From: an uncultured bacterium
GTDB taxonomy: Bacteria; Ratteibacteria; UBA8468; B48-G9; DSTR01
DNA length: 64,000 nt
Direction: 5' to 3'
Assembly: GCA_964645405.1 (NCBI GenBank)
Contig: CAZYCA010000034.1
Span: forward strand, 70,131-134,130
Numbering within the stretch: position 1 is the first letter of the stretch; the number at the start of each line of letters is the position of its first letter. Below, piece by piece: positions 49,066 through 59,284 of the stretch. Made by a program: the position numbers and the translations under genes. The notes beneath the pieces were generated by a model that was not told the origin of the DNA, searched no databases, and saw nothing but the letters and a program-made list of their open reading frames with translations.

Positions 49066-49725
49066 TTATGCCAGCAAAGCAGAAATTATGCCCACCAGAA
49101 AAATCCCATCATAGACACCGGCTCCACCAATACTCATAATCCCGGGATAATTACCCAGATGCGGCAGATTTAACAAATCTGCTCCAATAAGCACTCCCAT
49201 TACACCGGAGATGTAAGCCACAGGAATTTTATTCCCTGGCGAAAAAAGGTAGGCACAGCCAACTGCTACCAGAGGCGGAATAAAAGCCGGGATTGTCACA
49301 CCCATACCTGGCACTATCCGGGAAAGGTGAAAACAAACCAGTGTAGAGATTAAAGTGGCAAAAAAAGTCGGTAGAAATGGCGCCTTGGGGAGAAGATAGA
49401 CACAGAGAAGCAGCGGAATTACTGCCCCACCCAGGTTAATCGCGATAATCTGTTGCTGGGGAACCTGTGGCATGCGGAAGGGTGAAAACAGAGGAAAGAC
49501 TTCTGGCCAGGGGTAGGGAAAAGTTTCTGCCTGCCGACTGACCAGAGGGATATTGATGGTGCTGCCTATGAGGGAAAAGAAAACGATAAAGAAAGCCAGA
49601 GCCGGGGAAAGCCCTAACCTGGAAAGAGCCATTCTGATTATCTCTACCTGGATGAGGAAAAAGAAAAAAGGGAGAAGCAAGAGGAAAAGGAGCAAAAGTA
49701 TTAAAGAAAAAGGAACAAAAATCAT
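49066..49725 (-). CDS. Integral membrane protein (DUF1614-like?), 219 aa
   Basis: There are about 6 TM helices. No catalytic motif was recognised. Confidence 0.35.
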   Translation of the reverse strand: MIFVPFSLILLLLFLLLLPFFFFLIQVEIIRMALSRLGLSPALAFFIVFFSLIGSTINIPLVSRQAETFPYPWPEVFPLFSPFRMPQVPQQQIIAINLGGAVIPLLLCVYLLPKAPFLPTFFATLISTLVCFHLSRIVPGMGVTIPAFIPPLVAVGCAYLFSPGNKIPVAYISGVMGVLIGADLLNLPHLGNYPGIMSIGGAGVYDGIFLVGIISALLA

Positions 49726-49738
49726 ATTTTCATCCTTT

Positions 49739-50476
49739 TCACCAGGTTTTCTTGTAAATACCCGGTGGAAAATATTTCACCATCTCTTCTCCAATCCATT
49801 TCATAGCCTGAGCGGGACTCATCTTCCAGTTCGTGGGACAGGCAGCCAGAACTTCCACCAGAGAAAACCCCTTATTTTCTAACTGACAGAGGAAAGACTG
49901 ACGGAGAGCCTTCTTTACCTTTATAATACCTGCCACAGAATCAGCTGCTACCCTCTCCAGATAACAGACTCCATCCAGACTGCTAAGAAGTTCACATACC
50001 CGTATCGGGTAACCATGCAGGGATGGTTCTCTACCATTTGGCGTGGTGGTGGTTTTCCATCCTAAAGGAGTGGTTGGTGCCATCTGACCTTTTGTCATAC
50101 CGTAGACCCCATTGTTAACAAAAATAACGCTGATATTCTCACCCCTGGCAGCAGCGTGGACTATCTCGGCTGTGCCAATTGCAGCCAGGTCTCCATCACC
50201 CTGGTAAGTAAAAACAAACCTGTCCGGCAAGACCCTTTTGATACCTGTGGCGACAGCTGGAGCCCGACCGTGAGCAGCCTCCGTCACATCAAAATTCCAG
50301 TAGTCATAAGCCAGAACAGCACATCCTACCGGGGCAACCCCGATAGTTTTTTCCCGGAGAGATAATTCGTCTATCAGTTCCGCTACCAGCCGGTGGATGA
50401 TGCCATGACCACACCCCGGACAGTAAATCATTACGTTTTCGGTGAGCGAACGGGGTCTGGTGAAGACAGGTTTCAT
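49739..50476 (-). CDS. korB: 2-oxoacid:ferredoxin oxidoreductase beta subunit (TPP-binding)
   Basis: The motifs are CPGCGHG and GDGD...G (TPP/Mg binding). The length is 245 aa. Confidence 0.85.
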   Translation of the reverse strand: MKPVFTRPRSLTENVMIYCPGCGHGIIHRLVAELIDELSLREKTIGVAPVGCAVLAYDYWNFDVTEAAHGRAPAVATGIKRVLPDRFVFTYQGDGDLAAIGTAEIVHAAARGENISVIFVNNGVYGMTKGQMAPTTPLGWKTTTTPNGREPSLHGYPIRVCELLSSLDGVCYLERVAADSVAGIIKVKKALRQSFLCQLENKGFSLVEVLAACPTNWKMSPAQAMKWIGEEMVKYFPPGIYKKTW

Positions 50477-51513
50477 TTTTTTCTCACCTCTTTAAGAATC
50501 TCTTCCGGGGTGGGGATTCCTCCACCTGGTCGGCCATAGAAAAAAAGACGCACCTTCTCCCCAGCAACCATTCTTACATCTTCTATCATCTGTCCAAGAC
50601 TTAACTCTATGACTAAAACCTTGAAAACCTGTTTTATACAGGATTCCAGCTGTTTGTAGGGAAATGGCCAGAGTGTCACTGGCCGGAAAAGTCCCACCCT
50701 GATACCTTCTTTTCTGGCTTGTTCTACCGCTTCCTTAGCAATCCTGGCACAGATACCGAAACTGACAATTAAAAGGTCCATTTTTTCCGTGTAGTATGTC
50801 TCCCACCGGACCTCTCTTTTTTCTATCCTTTCATACTTCCGAGCCAGTTTCCAGTTGTGGGTTTCCAGCACCCCCGGAGTTAAAAAAAGAGACTTAATGG
50901 AATGGGGTTTTCTTCCCCGGCAACCGGTGAGAGCCCATTGCGGAACAACTGTTTTCTTCGGTTTTCCCTTCAGTTTCACCGGCTCTAATAACTGCGCGAC
51001 CATGCCATCAGAAAGAATCAGGACAGGATTGCGGTAACGGTCAGCCAGGTCAAAAGCAGAATAAGTAAAATCATAAATTTCCTGAACCGACCAGGGAGCC
51101 AGAACAATAGTCCTGTAATCGCCGTGGCCACCACCCCTGGTGGATTGAAAATAATCTGACTGGCTGGGTGTAACATCACCAAGGCCTGGCCCTCCCCGGT
51201 TGATGTTAATAACTACTGCTGGTAGTTCACATCCAGCCAGATAGGAAATACCTTCCTGCATCAAAGAAATACCCGGACTGGAAGAGGAAGTCAACGCCCG
51301 GGCACCGGTTACTGCAGCACCAAAGACCATGTTGATCGCTGCCAGTTCACTTTCTGCCTGCAAAAAAACTCCACCACATTCAGGCATCCGACGGCTCATG
51401 TATTCCGGAAAACGGTTCTGGGGAGTAATGGGATAGCCAGCATAAAAACGGCAACCGGCAGCAATGGCTCCTTCGGCAGCAGCCTCGCAGCCACTGAGAA
51501 GAACAGTTTTCAT
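50473..51513 (-). CDS. korA: 2-oxoacid:ferredoxin oxidoreductase alpha subunit
   Basis: The N-terminus reads [27 protein letters not shown]. The length is 346 aa. An ATGA overlap couples it to the beta subunit. Confidence 0.85.
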   Translation of the reverse strand: MKTVLLSGCEAAAEGAIAAGCRFYAGYPITPQNRFPEYMSRRMPECGGVFLQAESELAAINMVFGAAVTGARALTSSSSPGISLMQEGISYLAGCELPAVVININRGGPGLGDVTPSQSDYFQSTRGGGHGDYRTIVLAPWSVQEIYDFTYSAFDLADRYRNPVLILSDGMVAQLLEPVKLKGKPKKTVVPQWALTGCRGRKPHSIKSLFLTPGVLETHNWKLARKYERIEKREVRWETYYTEKMDLLIVSFGICARIAKEAVEQARKEGIRVGLFRPVTLWPFPYKQLESCIKQVFKVLVIELSLGQMIEDVRMVAGEKVRLFFYGRPGGGIPTPEEILKEVRKK

Positions 51514-52064
51514 TTTTTTCTGACCCAGGTGCCATCAGGCTGCTGGACCCAGGCGCCGCCAGGTGTATATTTTTTAATCATAACTTCAGCAAAGATACTG
51601 CGGAAGGTTTTTTCCTGGTTAGGGTCAGCCCTGTTAATCTTCATCAGTTCAGCAATCATGGATTGCCTTTCCTGATTTTCTTTATTCATATAATCGGTAA
51701 CCTCTGCCAGCAGACTGGCTGGTGGTGTTTCCTTAAGAACCAGAGAAAAAGAGTTTGTTTCACCAAGATAACCCCTGGCTTTATACTCGTTAATTTTCTC
51801 CCTCCAGGATTCACGTCTTTGTTTAATCTGGTCAAGAACCGGTGAAGAAGTTTTTATCTCGCGGCTTATTCCCACCTCTTCGGCCCAGGCATTATGAGAC
51901 AGGTCCAGGTGGAATAAGGACTGTCCCGGAACTTTCCCTGGTTCTGCCGGACCAAGTAAATCATCAGCAGCCTTTTTAATCTTCTCCTCAGGAAAGGTTA
52001 CATAAACATTAACTATCGCACAGCCAAGCAAGAATATAGCTGCCACTGCCGTTATCCATTTCAT
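51510..52064 (-). CDS. Periplasmic YdbL-like protein (DUF1318)
   Basis: A signal/lipobox is present (LLGCAIV). The C-terminal block YLGETNSFSLVL...ENQERQSMIAEL...[16 protein letters not shown] matches the YdbL family pattern. An AAGGAGG RBS lies upstream. Confidence 0.55.
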   Translation of the reverse strand: MKWITAVAAIFLLGCAIVNVYVTFPEEKIKKAADDLLGPAEPGKVPGQSLFHLDLSHNAWAEEVGISREIKTSSPVLDQIKQRRESWREKINEYKARGYLGETNSFSLVLKETPPASLLAEVTDYMNKENQERQSMIAELMKINRADPNQEKTFRSIFAEVMIKKYTPGGAWVQQPDGTWVRKK

Positions 52065-52132
52065 TTCTTCTCCTCCTTTATTTTATAGGTGCTTTCATTA
52101 TATTTTTTTTGACCAAAACAGGCAACCTCCTT

Positions 52133-53302
52133 TCACCAGGCAAGAACGATAACTGTAGCGTACCGGTCAGGAGCTTTTTCTGGTAAACCAGTCAAAAACA
52201 CGCGGTTTCCTTCCTGTTTAAACTTTACAGGTTTGCCAGTAGTTAAAAAATAGGCCTGTTTAACTTTTTGTCGGACAGAAGCGACAACAAACTCCCGGTG
52301 CCAGTAAAGTACATGCAGATACATTTTGTTTTCACCCCGGGTAGCCCCTCCCCAGGGGGTAGCCAGCGGCGTGGGTATCTGATTATCAATCCCCTGTTTT
52401 GTCCCGTAGATACTCTCCCCATTTTTTTTCAGCCACTTGCCAGCTTCCAGGAGAATCTGGCGGTCTGTCTCCGGGATAGAACCATCAGGGCCAGGACCCA
52501 CATTGATGGTGTAATTACCTCCATGGGACGCACAAAGAATTAAGTTTCTGATAACCTGATAGGGTGTTTTCGGATGTTTATCACCGGGGATATATCCCCA
52601 CCAGAAATCAGAAAGAGGCATCACGCATTCCCAGGGTCGGTCTTTTACTTCAATCTTCTGCTCGGAATGAGTGTCAAAATCTTCCGGCGTTGTACTGCGG
52701 TCGTTAATCAAAATGGAAGGTTGATATTTTCTAACCATCGCATTCAGCCTTTTTGCCTGCCAGTCTTTTGCCTGGTATGGCCAGCTTCCGTCATACCAGA
52801 GAATATCTATCTGGCCATAACGGCTGACCAGTTCTTCCACCTGTCCATGAACATAAGCGAGAAATTTTCTCCATTCCTTTGAATTTTTATTCGGACCATG
52901 GTGATAGGCTGGCCAGCGCCAGTCTAAAAGTGAATAGTAAAGACCAATCCCCATATTATACTGGCGACAGGTTGCTACAAACTCCGCCACCAGATCTCTA
53001 CCACAGAATTGATAAGCATTAAAACAGCTGTGACAGCTATGAAAAAGGGAAAAACCATCGTGGTGGCGGGTAGTCAAGATTACATAACTCATTCCGGCTT
53101 CTTTAGCCAGTTTCACCCAGGTTTCAGCCACACCGGCCGCAGGCCGAAACCTCTCAGCCAGCCTGGCATAATCTTCTGCTGGTATCTTTTCCCACCACAT
53201 AACCCACTCACCCCGTCCTAAAAGACTATAAAGACCCCAGTGGAGAAAAAGACCAAACCTTGCCTTCTGCCACCATTCCAGTTTTTCCTTATTCTTCTTC
53301 AT
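52133..53302 (-). CDS. Alpha-L-fucosidase, glycoside hydrolase family 29
   Basis: The N-terminal GH29 block is RFGLFLHWGLYS...GEW and HHDGF is present. The length is 389 aa, so it has no C-terminal beta domain. Confidence 0.8.
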   Translation of the reverse strand: MKKNKEKLEWWQKARFGLFLHWGLYSLLGRGEWVMWWEKIPAEDYARLAERFRPAAGVAETWVKLAKEAGMSYVILTTRHHDGFSLFHSCHSCFNAYQFCGRDLVAEFVATCRQYNMGIGLYYSLLDWRWPAYHHGPNKNSKEWRKFLAYVHGQVEELVSRYGQIDILWYDGSWPYQAKDWQAKRLNAMVRKYQPSILINDRSTTPEDFDTHSEQKIEVKDRPWECVMPLSDFWWGYIPGDKHPKTPYQVIRNLILCASHGGNYTINVGPGPDGSIPETDRQILLEAGKWLKKNGESIYGTKQGIDNQIPTPLATPWGGATRGENKMYLHVLYWHREFVVASVRQKVKQAYFLTTGKPVKFKQEGNRVFLTGLPEKAPDRYATVIVLAW

Positions 53303-54768
53303 AGACCCCCCTTTTCTCTGACCAGCGTTTTACAGGCTTTCTCTATCACTTTCCCTAACTCTTTCTCTGTCTCTTCTGAGATACCACAAACATGCTCCTG
53401 TTGAAGAATCTCTTCGGCAATCTCCTTGGCTTTTTTCACAGCGCTTTTCCCGGAACCAGCCAGCCAGCAATTCAACGTTTCCCGGGAAAAAATTTGGGGT
53501 TGCCAGTGTTCCTTCCGGTAGAAACTCACTGTATGCTGGCTACCAGCAAAAAAACCACCTGGCCCTGTTTCCTTGATTAGTTCCAGAGCCAGTGTTTCTT
53601 CATTCACAGCAAATCCCTGTGCCATCCTCTTGAGGGCACCGGCATATTCATTGTCAACAACCAGCTGTACTGGCGAATTCATTTCTGCTCCGGAAAGAAG
53701 TCCAAAACATTCTATGCCGGCTGAACCAGCAAGCAGAGCAGGAATGGTATTGAAAGAAGCCTGCAGTCCTGCCTCCACCCCGGGTTCCTTAGCATCCGGA
53801 TAGACAGCACTCGCCCATAAACCTGCATTTAACCTTCTGGCTATCTGTCCCATAGCAAGTATGACAAGTGCCCGTTCTGGTCTCCCAAAAGGAAACATAC
53901 CTGTCTTCATATCCAGCACAGAGGAGTTAGTCTGCAACCATAATTTTCTCAGGTTATAGCAGTAACGGTAAAGAAGGCTGACAAAAAGAGATTCCGCTAA
54001 ATCAAGACTCACCACAGAAGCTAAAGTCGCCGGTGCAGAACCACCAGCAGAGTGCATAAACCCGATTCCCGCCAGAAGTCCTTTTTTCCAGAACTGGACA
54101 AAGATTTCTGCTTCCACCGAAGCAAATCTTAAAGGGGAAACCAGTTCTACTTCCGCAAAGGTCCTTTTCCGTAGCGACTCCTTTTTTTCAGCAGCAACAA
54201 TTTCACCCATCTCCAGAATATAAGGTATAAGTTCTACACTGCGGACTTCTCCGCAGCCGCTGGGTTTGGTACTGGCATATTTCCAGGCTAAAAGTCTCAT
54301 GTAAAGAGGCCCCAAAACTGCCGGTACATCTGCAGGCACTCCCATAGCCCCTAAACGGTCAATATTCTGCAGAGCATCACCCAGTCGGGTCATCTCCGCC
54401 ACTGTATTCAGGGTATGGGGCTGTATTTCTCCTTTGAGGTTCAGGTAGTACTGAGGATAGGTCCCGGAAGTTACTTCCAGTCCGTTGTTTCTGCTGCGGC
54501 GCTCTCCCCAGGGGAAAAGGCAGGATGTTTCCAATCCTTCCACTCCATCGTACTGTGGTGTGGAAGTGGCTACCAGCTCTTCCATGACCTTTTCCGGGAA
54601 ACAAACAGGTTTATCTTTTCTTTCCAGTCTGGCTCCATGGGAAACAAGAAGGTCAATCAGAACTTCATTTTCCACCAGCACGCCAATCTCTGAAAGAATT
54701 CTCAGGGCATTCCGGTAGATTTTATCTTCTTCCTCACGGGTTAAAATTTCTTTTTCCCAGGGAATCAC
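53299..54768 (-). CDS. MttB-superfamily (trimethylamine/quaternary-amine:corrinoid methyltransferase family) protein, non-pyrrolysine type
   Basis: The length is 489 aa. The N-terminal family pattern is EEEDKIYRNALRILSEIGVLVENEVLIDLLVSHGARL. A TIM-barrel-length body follows. There is no in-frame TAG. The stop overlaps the GH29 start (ATGA). Confidence 0.7.
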   Translation of the reverse strand: MIPWEKEILTREEEDKIYRNALRILSEIGVLVENEVLIDLLVSHGARLERKDKPVCFPEKVMEELVATSTPQYDGVEGLETSCLFPWGERRSRNNGLEVTSGTYPQYYLNLKGEIQPHTLNTVAEMTRLGDALQNIDRLGAMGVPADVPAVLGPLYMRLLAWKYASTKPSGCGEVRSVELIPYILEMGEIVAAEKKESLRKRTFAEVELVSPLRFASVEAEIFVQFWKKGLLAGIGFMHSAGGSAPATLASVVSLDLAESLFVSLLYRYCYNLRKLWLQTNSSVLDMKTGMFPFGRPERALVILAMGQIARRLNAGLWASAVYPDAKEPGVEAGLQASFNTIPALLAGSAGIECFGLLSGAEMNSPVQLVVDNEYAGALKRMAQGFAVNEETLALELIKETGPGGFFAGSQHTVSFYRKEHWQPQIFSRETLNCWLAGSGKSAVKKAKEIAEEILQQEHVCGISEETEKELGKVIEKACKTLVREKGGL

Positions 54769-54781
54769 TATTTGTCCTTTC

Positions 54782-55642
54782 TTAAAAAATTGCTTTCCGA
54801 ACAGGTGTCACCCGGAATTTTTGTTTCCTTTTCCGGTGGATCATCTGGTTAACCAGTTTGCACCCGTTGGCTACCAGTTCCCGGACAAGCTTTTCTCCCA
54901 GAAGGCGGCTTGCCTGGAAAGGGTCCCCCATCACACCAATTTTTATCTCCGGCCTCTGCGTGACGAAAGGAGCCACCCAGGAAAGGTCCAGATTTTTTTC
55001 CACCAGTTGATACCAGTCCGGGTCCTGCCTCATTTTCTTAACAATACCGGGTTTATCCAGTGTTCTCCGGTTAAGATGAACACTTTCCGGGGCCAGAACC
55101 ATCATCAGAGAAGTCTCAAACATACCCGCATGGAAATCTCCCTTCTGTCTGCACTGTTTTGCCCAGTTGTCTGACAATTCCCAGACCGGAACCACAGCCA
55201 GAAGACAATCAGAAAAATGCGGACGCCTGTGAAAATAAAGATGTTTGAAGTTCATCAGGGCCTGATAGTTTTCGCTTCCACCATGTCCGAGAAGAAAAAT
55301 GACATTAAGTATACCCTGGTGAAAAAGAGAATCGGCTATGTCACAGAGAAGCGGAACGACTGTTTCCGGGTAAACATTAATGGTTCCCGGAAGAGTCCCC
55401 CCTGAGAACATATAGGGAAAAAGGGGGGCTACCAGACACTCACTTTTTTTCGCTATCCTGACAGCTATCTGCCAGGCAAGATGACAGTCAGTAAAAGTAC
55501 TCAGGTGGTAACCATGCTGCTCCACTACTCCGAGAGGAACAATCACCGTGCGACAGCCTGAGTGGATTAATTGCCGTATTTGCTCCACTGTCAGTTCCTG
55601 CCAGAGATACGGTCGAGGTATCTTTTTCCCTGCCATCTCCAC
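54782..55642 (-). CDS. Creatininase-family amidohydrolase
   Basis: The blocks are LTVEQIRQLIHSGCRTVIVPLGVVEQHGYHLSTFTD and HGGSEN (LLGHGGSENYQ). The length is 286 aa. Confidence 0.75.
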   Translation of the reverse strand: MEMAGKKIPRPYLWQELTVEQIRQLIHSGCRTVIVPLGVVEQHGYHLSTFTDCHLAWQIAVRIAKKSECLVAPLFPYMFSGGTLPGTINVYPETVVPLLCDIADSLFHQGILNVIFLLGHGGSENYQALMNFKHLYFHRRPHFSDCLLAVVPVWELSDNWAKQCRQKGDFHAGMFETSLMMVLAPESVHLNRRTLDKPGIVKKMRQDPDWYQLVEKNLDLSWVAPFVTQRPEIKIGVMGDPFQASRLLGEKLVRELVANGCKLVNQMIHRKRKQKFRVTPVRKAIF

Positions 55643-55652
55643 CCCCTTAATG

Positions 55653-56735
55653 TTATTTTTTCTTCTGGAAAGCTGCTGCCAGAGAAGGATTCTTTATTTC
55701 CCCCAGGTAAAGAGCCATTCCTTTTTCCAGTCCGGGATTACTCCGGCAGGCTTTTTCTCCCTGTTTCACCAGTAATTGAAGATAAGGAAAACTGGCGTAG
55801 GAAAGAGCACAGGTAGATGTTCTGGGTACTACTCCGGGTATATTGGGAACACAGTAGTGCACTATTCCTTCTTCCAGAAAAATTGGTGACCGGTGCGTGG
55901 TAGGCCTGCTGGTCTCAAATACTCCACCTTCATCAATGGAAACATCTACCAGAACTGTTCCCTTTTCCAGCAACCGCAAGTCTTCTCTCCTAACTAAAAC
56001 AGGTGTCCGGCAACCAGGAATAAGGACAGCACCAATAACCACATCTGCTTCCCTGATGGCCTGGTGTAAATTCTTCCGGTTGGAATAAAGAATCTCGGCA
56101 GCAGGAAAATTATCCTCCAGAAACCTCATCCGTTCCTGGTTGGTCTCCAGGATACATACCCGGGCACCTATACCGGTCGCTATTTTGACAGCATTAAAGC
56201 CGACTGTGCCACCACCAATGATAACTACCTTACCCTTTCTCACTCCAGATACACCGCTGAGGAGAACCCCTTTCCCTCCATATTCCTTCTCCAGATACTT
56301 CATCCCCTGCTGCACAGATAGTCTGCCGGCAATCTCGCTCATCGGTCTGAGAATAGGCCGCAGTCCATCTTCCTCTACCAGTTCATAAGCAATGCAGATA
56401 ACTTTTCTCTTCTTCAGTTCCTCAGTCATCTCCCTGTTGGCAGAAAAGTGAAAAAAAGTGAAAAGAATCTGCCCCTGCCGCAAAAATGACCATTCGCTTT
56501 CCTGTGGTTCTTTCACTTTCACCACCAGTTCAGCCTGCCGGTAAATATCCTCAGCAGTTTCCACCAGCAAAGCCCCCATCTTTTCATATTCTTCATCCGG
56601 GAAGCCAGCGCCCAGTCCTGCCCCCTTTTCCACCAGGATGGTTGCACCCTCTGCCACCAGATGCCCGACTATTTCCGGGATGAGACCGACACGGTATTCT
56701 TCAGTCTTGACTTCCCTGGGAACCCCAACAACCAT
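55653..56735 (-). CDS. ald: Alanine dehydrogenase family protein (AlaDH / PNT-alpha fold)
   Basis: The N-terminus is MVVGVPREVKTEEYRVGLIPE. The NAD motif is IIGGGTVGFNAVKIATGIGARV. The length is 360 aa. Confidence 0.75.
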   Translation of the reverse strand: MVVGVPREVKTEEYRVGLIPEIVGHLVAEGATILVEKGAGLGAGFPDEEYEKMGALLVETAEDIYRQAELVVKVKEPQESEWSFLRQGQILFTFFHFSANREMTEELKKRKVICIAYELVEEDGLRPILRPMSEIAGRLSVQQGMKYLEKEYGGKGVLLSGVSGVRKGKVVIIGGGTVGFNAVKIATGIGARVCILETNQERMRFLEDNFPAAEILYSNRKNLHQAIREADVVIGAVLIPGCRTPVLVRREDLRLLEKGTVLVDVSIDEGGVFETSRPTTHRSPIFLEEGIVHYCVPNIPGVVPRTSTCALSYASFPYLQLLVKQGEKACRSNPGLEKGMALYLGEIKNPSLAAAFQKKK

Positions 56736-56736
56736 T

Positions 56737-58047
56737 TTATCTCCTCATACTTTCCACCACTTCTATCACCGCCTGTGTCATATACTCCAGTTGCTCCTGC
56801 GTTAAGGGATAAAGAGGAAGATGGGTAAATTTATGGCGGAATGCTTCTTCTGCCACCGGACAGGATTTCTCCATCTCTTTTGTATCGTAACCAAGCTGTC
56901 GCAGAATGCTGAACTTATAAAGCGGCGCAAAATGCGGTATCTGCACCACTCCTTTAGCCTCCAGTTTCTTCTTGAAAGTCTGAATATCACCCCGGAAATA
57001 TTTCGGCTCTAACTGGAAAAGGTAAAGGTGATGCGAGGACTGGAAATTCCTGTCGTCGCCTTTCTGGGGAATAATCCCGGGTATTTTAGAAAAGCGTGCG
57101 GTGAGATACTGCGCATTCTTTCTCCTGGTGGCAATAATGGATTTCAGACGTCTCAGCTGTAGCAGAAAAGCCAGAGCCTGAATTTCTGTCACAGAATGGT
57201 TGCCAGCAGCAAAATAACCGTTTTTCCCTTTCAGCGCTATCACATCATACAGCCAGGTCGGAATCTTCCGGGTAGGGTCCAGACCCACAAAACGAGCCTG
57301 AGGAAAATACTTGCCAAAGGATAGATTGGTAACCAGCAGTCCCCCTTCGCCCAGGGTGTTCACATTTTTGACTTCGTGAAAACTGTAGGAGCCAAAATCT
57401 CCTATTGTCCCTGCCATTTTTCCCCGGTAGACAGCCCCGAAAGCATGGGCAGCGTCTTCAATAACTACTATTCCCTTTTTTCTTGCCAGTTCCATAATGG
57501 GCGCCATGTCCACCGGATAACCACCCAGATGTACAGGAATGATGACCTTTGTTTTCCTGGTAATTTTTCTGGCAACATCAGCCGGGTCCATATTGAGGGT
57601 GTGAGGGTCAACATCTGCCAGGACTACCCTGGCACCAACTTCCAGAGGATACAGAATGGTAGAAATGAAAGTAATAGCAGGAGCAATAACTTCATCCCCG
57701 GCTTTCAGACCAGCGTACTTATACCCGATTTCAAAACCAGCCGTAGCATTGGTTAAAAGACAGGTATACTTCGTTTTCAGAAATTTTTTGGCCGCAGTCT
57801 CTGCTTCCTGAACTTTATTCCCCAGGGTGAGTTTCCCGGCTCTGGCAGATACCTCAGCCAGCCTTTTCAGAGCAAAATCTAACTTTTCCCTCCTTTCCTG
57901 ATACTGGCTCTCCTGCTCTTTTGCCGGGGGTAGAAGAAAACGTATAAACTCTTGAATGTCATCTACATTAAAGTGCTCACCCACTGCTGACCAGGGAACC
58001 CTGGCTGCCCCTGTATCATACCGAAAGTCTGACACTTTTCTTCTCAC
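56737..58047 (-). CDS. DegT/DnrJ/EryC1/StrS-family PLP-dependent (sugar) aminotransferase
   Basis: The motifs are GDEVIAPAITF, VIIPVHLGGYPVDM, VIEDAAHAFGAVYRGKMAGTIGDFGSYSF and the Lys block FHEVKN. Confidence 0.75.
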   Translation of the reverse strand: MRRKVSDFRYDTGAARVPWSAVGEHFNVDDIQEFIRFLLPPAKEQESQYQERREKLDFALKRLAEVSARAGKLTLGNKVQEAETAAKKFLKTKYTCLLTNATAGFEIGYKYAGLKAGDEVIAPAITFISTILYPLEVGARVVLADVDPHTLNMDPADVARKITRKTKVIIPVHLGGYPVDMAPIMELARKKGIVVIEDAAHAFGAVYRGKMAGTIGDFGSYSFHEVKNVNTLGEGGLLVTNLSFGKYFPQARFVGLDPTRKIPTWLYDVIALKGKNGYFAAGNHSVTEIQALAFLLQLRRLKSIIATRRKNAQYLTARFSKIPGIIPQKGDDRNFQSSHHLYLFQLEPKYFRGDIQTFKKKLEAKGVVQIPHFAPLYKFSILRQLGYDTKEMEKSCPVAEEAFRHKFTHLPLYPLTQEQLEYMTQAVIEVVESMRR

Positions 58048-59176
58048 GGTCTCCTCCTTTTACTGAACCGTTAACTTTTACCTGATAGAACCCGCAGGAA
58101 AAAAATTCTTCCAGAAGACTGGCTGCCGCACCTAAGGCTCCTGTCTCCACACCCAGCGTAGAAATGTTAACTTTTAGCTGAGATTTCATTTCTGGTAAGA
58201 TTTCCTCTTTAACTTTTTCCAGAAGGCCGGTCACAACTTCCTTTCCCAGCCGTAGAAAATTACTATCAAGGATTACCAGAGCAGGATTGAGGAGATTTAC
58301 CAGATTACCAATACTTACAGCCAGATACCCAATCCTCTGGGAAAGTATATCTTTATCCTTTTTCTGCACCAGTTTTTCCATGACAGGTAAACAGCAGAGT
58401 GCTTCTACGCAACCGTAGCGGCCACAACGACATTTCTTATTTTCACCAGGAATCCTGGTATGACCCAATTCTCCAGCAATAAACTGCTGGCCCCGAATCG
58501 GACGGCCTTCCAGGAAAATACCGCAGGCTATTCCTTCTCCATATTCTACATAGATAAAATTATCTACCCCCTTTGCCTGTCCAAAACAATGTTCCGCAAT
58601 GGCTTTAGCCTGCTCACTGTTAGAAATAACCACCGGGAAGTGATAAGATTCTTCCAGAATTTTTTTCACCGGAACATTTTTCCAGACAGGCAAGATGGTG
58701 GAGTAGATGCTGACACCCCTTTGGAAATCAACCAGGCCCGGGTCCACAAAACCTAACCCAGCGACCGGAACCTCACCGGCAGAAGAAAGAAGCAAACTCA
58801 TTACCTCGTCCAGCATCTTAAAAATTTTCTCTTTACTGACATCTTCCGGTAAAAACTTCCTTTCTGTTTTAATCACACCAGCACCAAGGTCCATGAGTAT
58901 TCCAGAAATAGCCTTCTGGTTCAGTTCCAGACCTATAACCATGCGACCCTGAGGGTTGATGCTCAACAAACCTGGCCGCCGGCCACGACGGTCTCTTTTC
59001 TGAAAATCTTCCTGGACCAGACCTTCCTTTTTCAATTCTTCCACCAAGTTTCCCACTGTCCCTAAACGGATATCCGCAAGCATCTTCAGTTTACCCCGGC
59101 AGACAGGCTGATACTTCCTGATAAGATTGAGGATAATCTGTCGCTGCTGCTGGTGGATGGTAAGAAAATTATTCAT
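58016..59176 (-). CDS. ROK-family transcriptional regulator (NagC/XylR-like)
   Basis: An N-terminal wHTH is present. The ROK sugar-kinase fold carries the Zn motif CRCGRYGCVE and GIACGIF. The length is 386 aa. Confidence 0.8.
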   Translation of the reverse strand: MNNFLTIHQQQRQIILNLIRKYQPVCRGKLKMLADIRLGTVGNLVEELKKEGLVQEDFQKRDRRGRRPGLLSINPQGRMVIGLELNQKAISGILMDLGAGVIKTERKFLPEDVSKEKIFKMLDEVMSLLLSSAGEVPVAGLGFVDPGLVDFQRGVSIYSTILPVWKNVPVKKILEESYHFPVVISNSEQAKAIAEHCFGQAKGVDNFIYVEYGEGIACGIFLEGRPIRGQQFIAGELGHTRIPGENKKCRCGRYGCVEALCCLPVMEKLVQKKDKDILSQRIGYLAVSIGNLVNLLNPALVILDSNFLRLGKEVVTGLLEKVKEEILPEMKSQLKVNISTLGVETGALGAAASLLEEFFSCGFYQVKVNGSVKGGDREKKSVRLSV

Positions 59177-59237
59177 GCTAAAAGTTTAACAGATATCCGT
59201 AAGAAATGTCAATTTTTCCAGCAGTGTAAAAATTTCC

Positions 59238-59256
59238 TTCAGAAGCAGCTTCAGAA
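59238..59256 (-). terminator. Inverted repeat TTCAGAAGC-A-GCTTCAGAA followed by a T-run on the minus strand; weak terminator of the TolB-like gene or a ROK operator
   Basis: The near-perfect 9-1-9 palindrome lies 30-50 nt downstream of the 59285 stop. In the minus sense it is followed by GGAAATTTTTAC. Confidence 0.25.
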
Positions 59257-59284
59257 ATCTATTTTGGTCCCGAAAAGTGGCAGG

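Noticed and set aside
51510-52064. The 184 aa ORF upstream of korA as the missing OFOR gamma subunit
   Set aside because: It has a signal peptide and a YdbL/DUF1318-like C-terminal pattern, with none of the gamma-subunit motifs.
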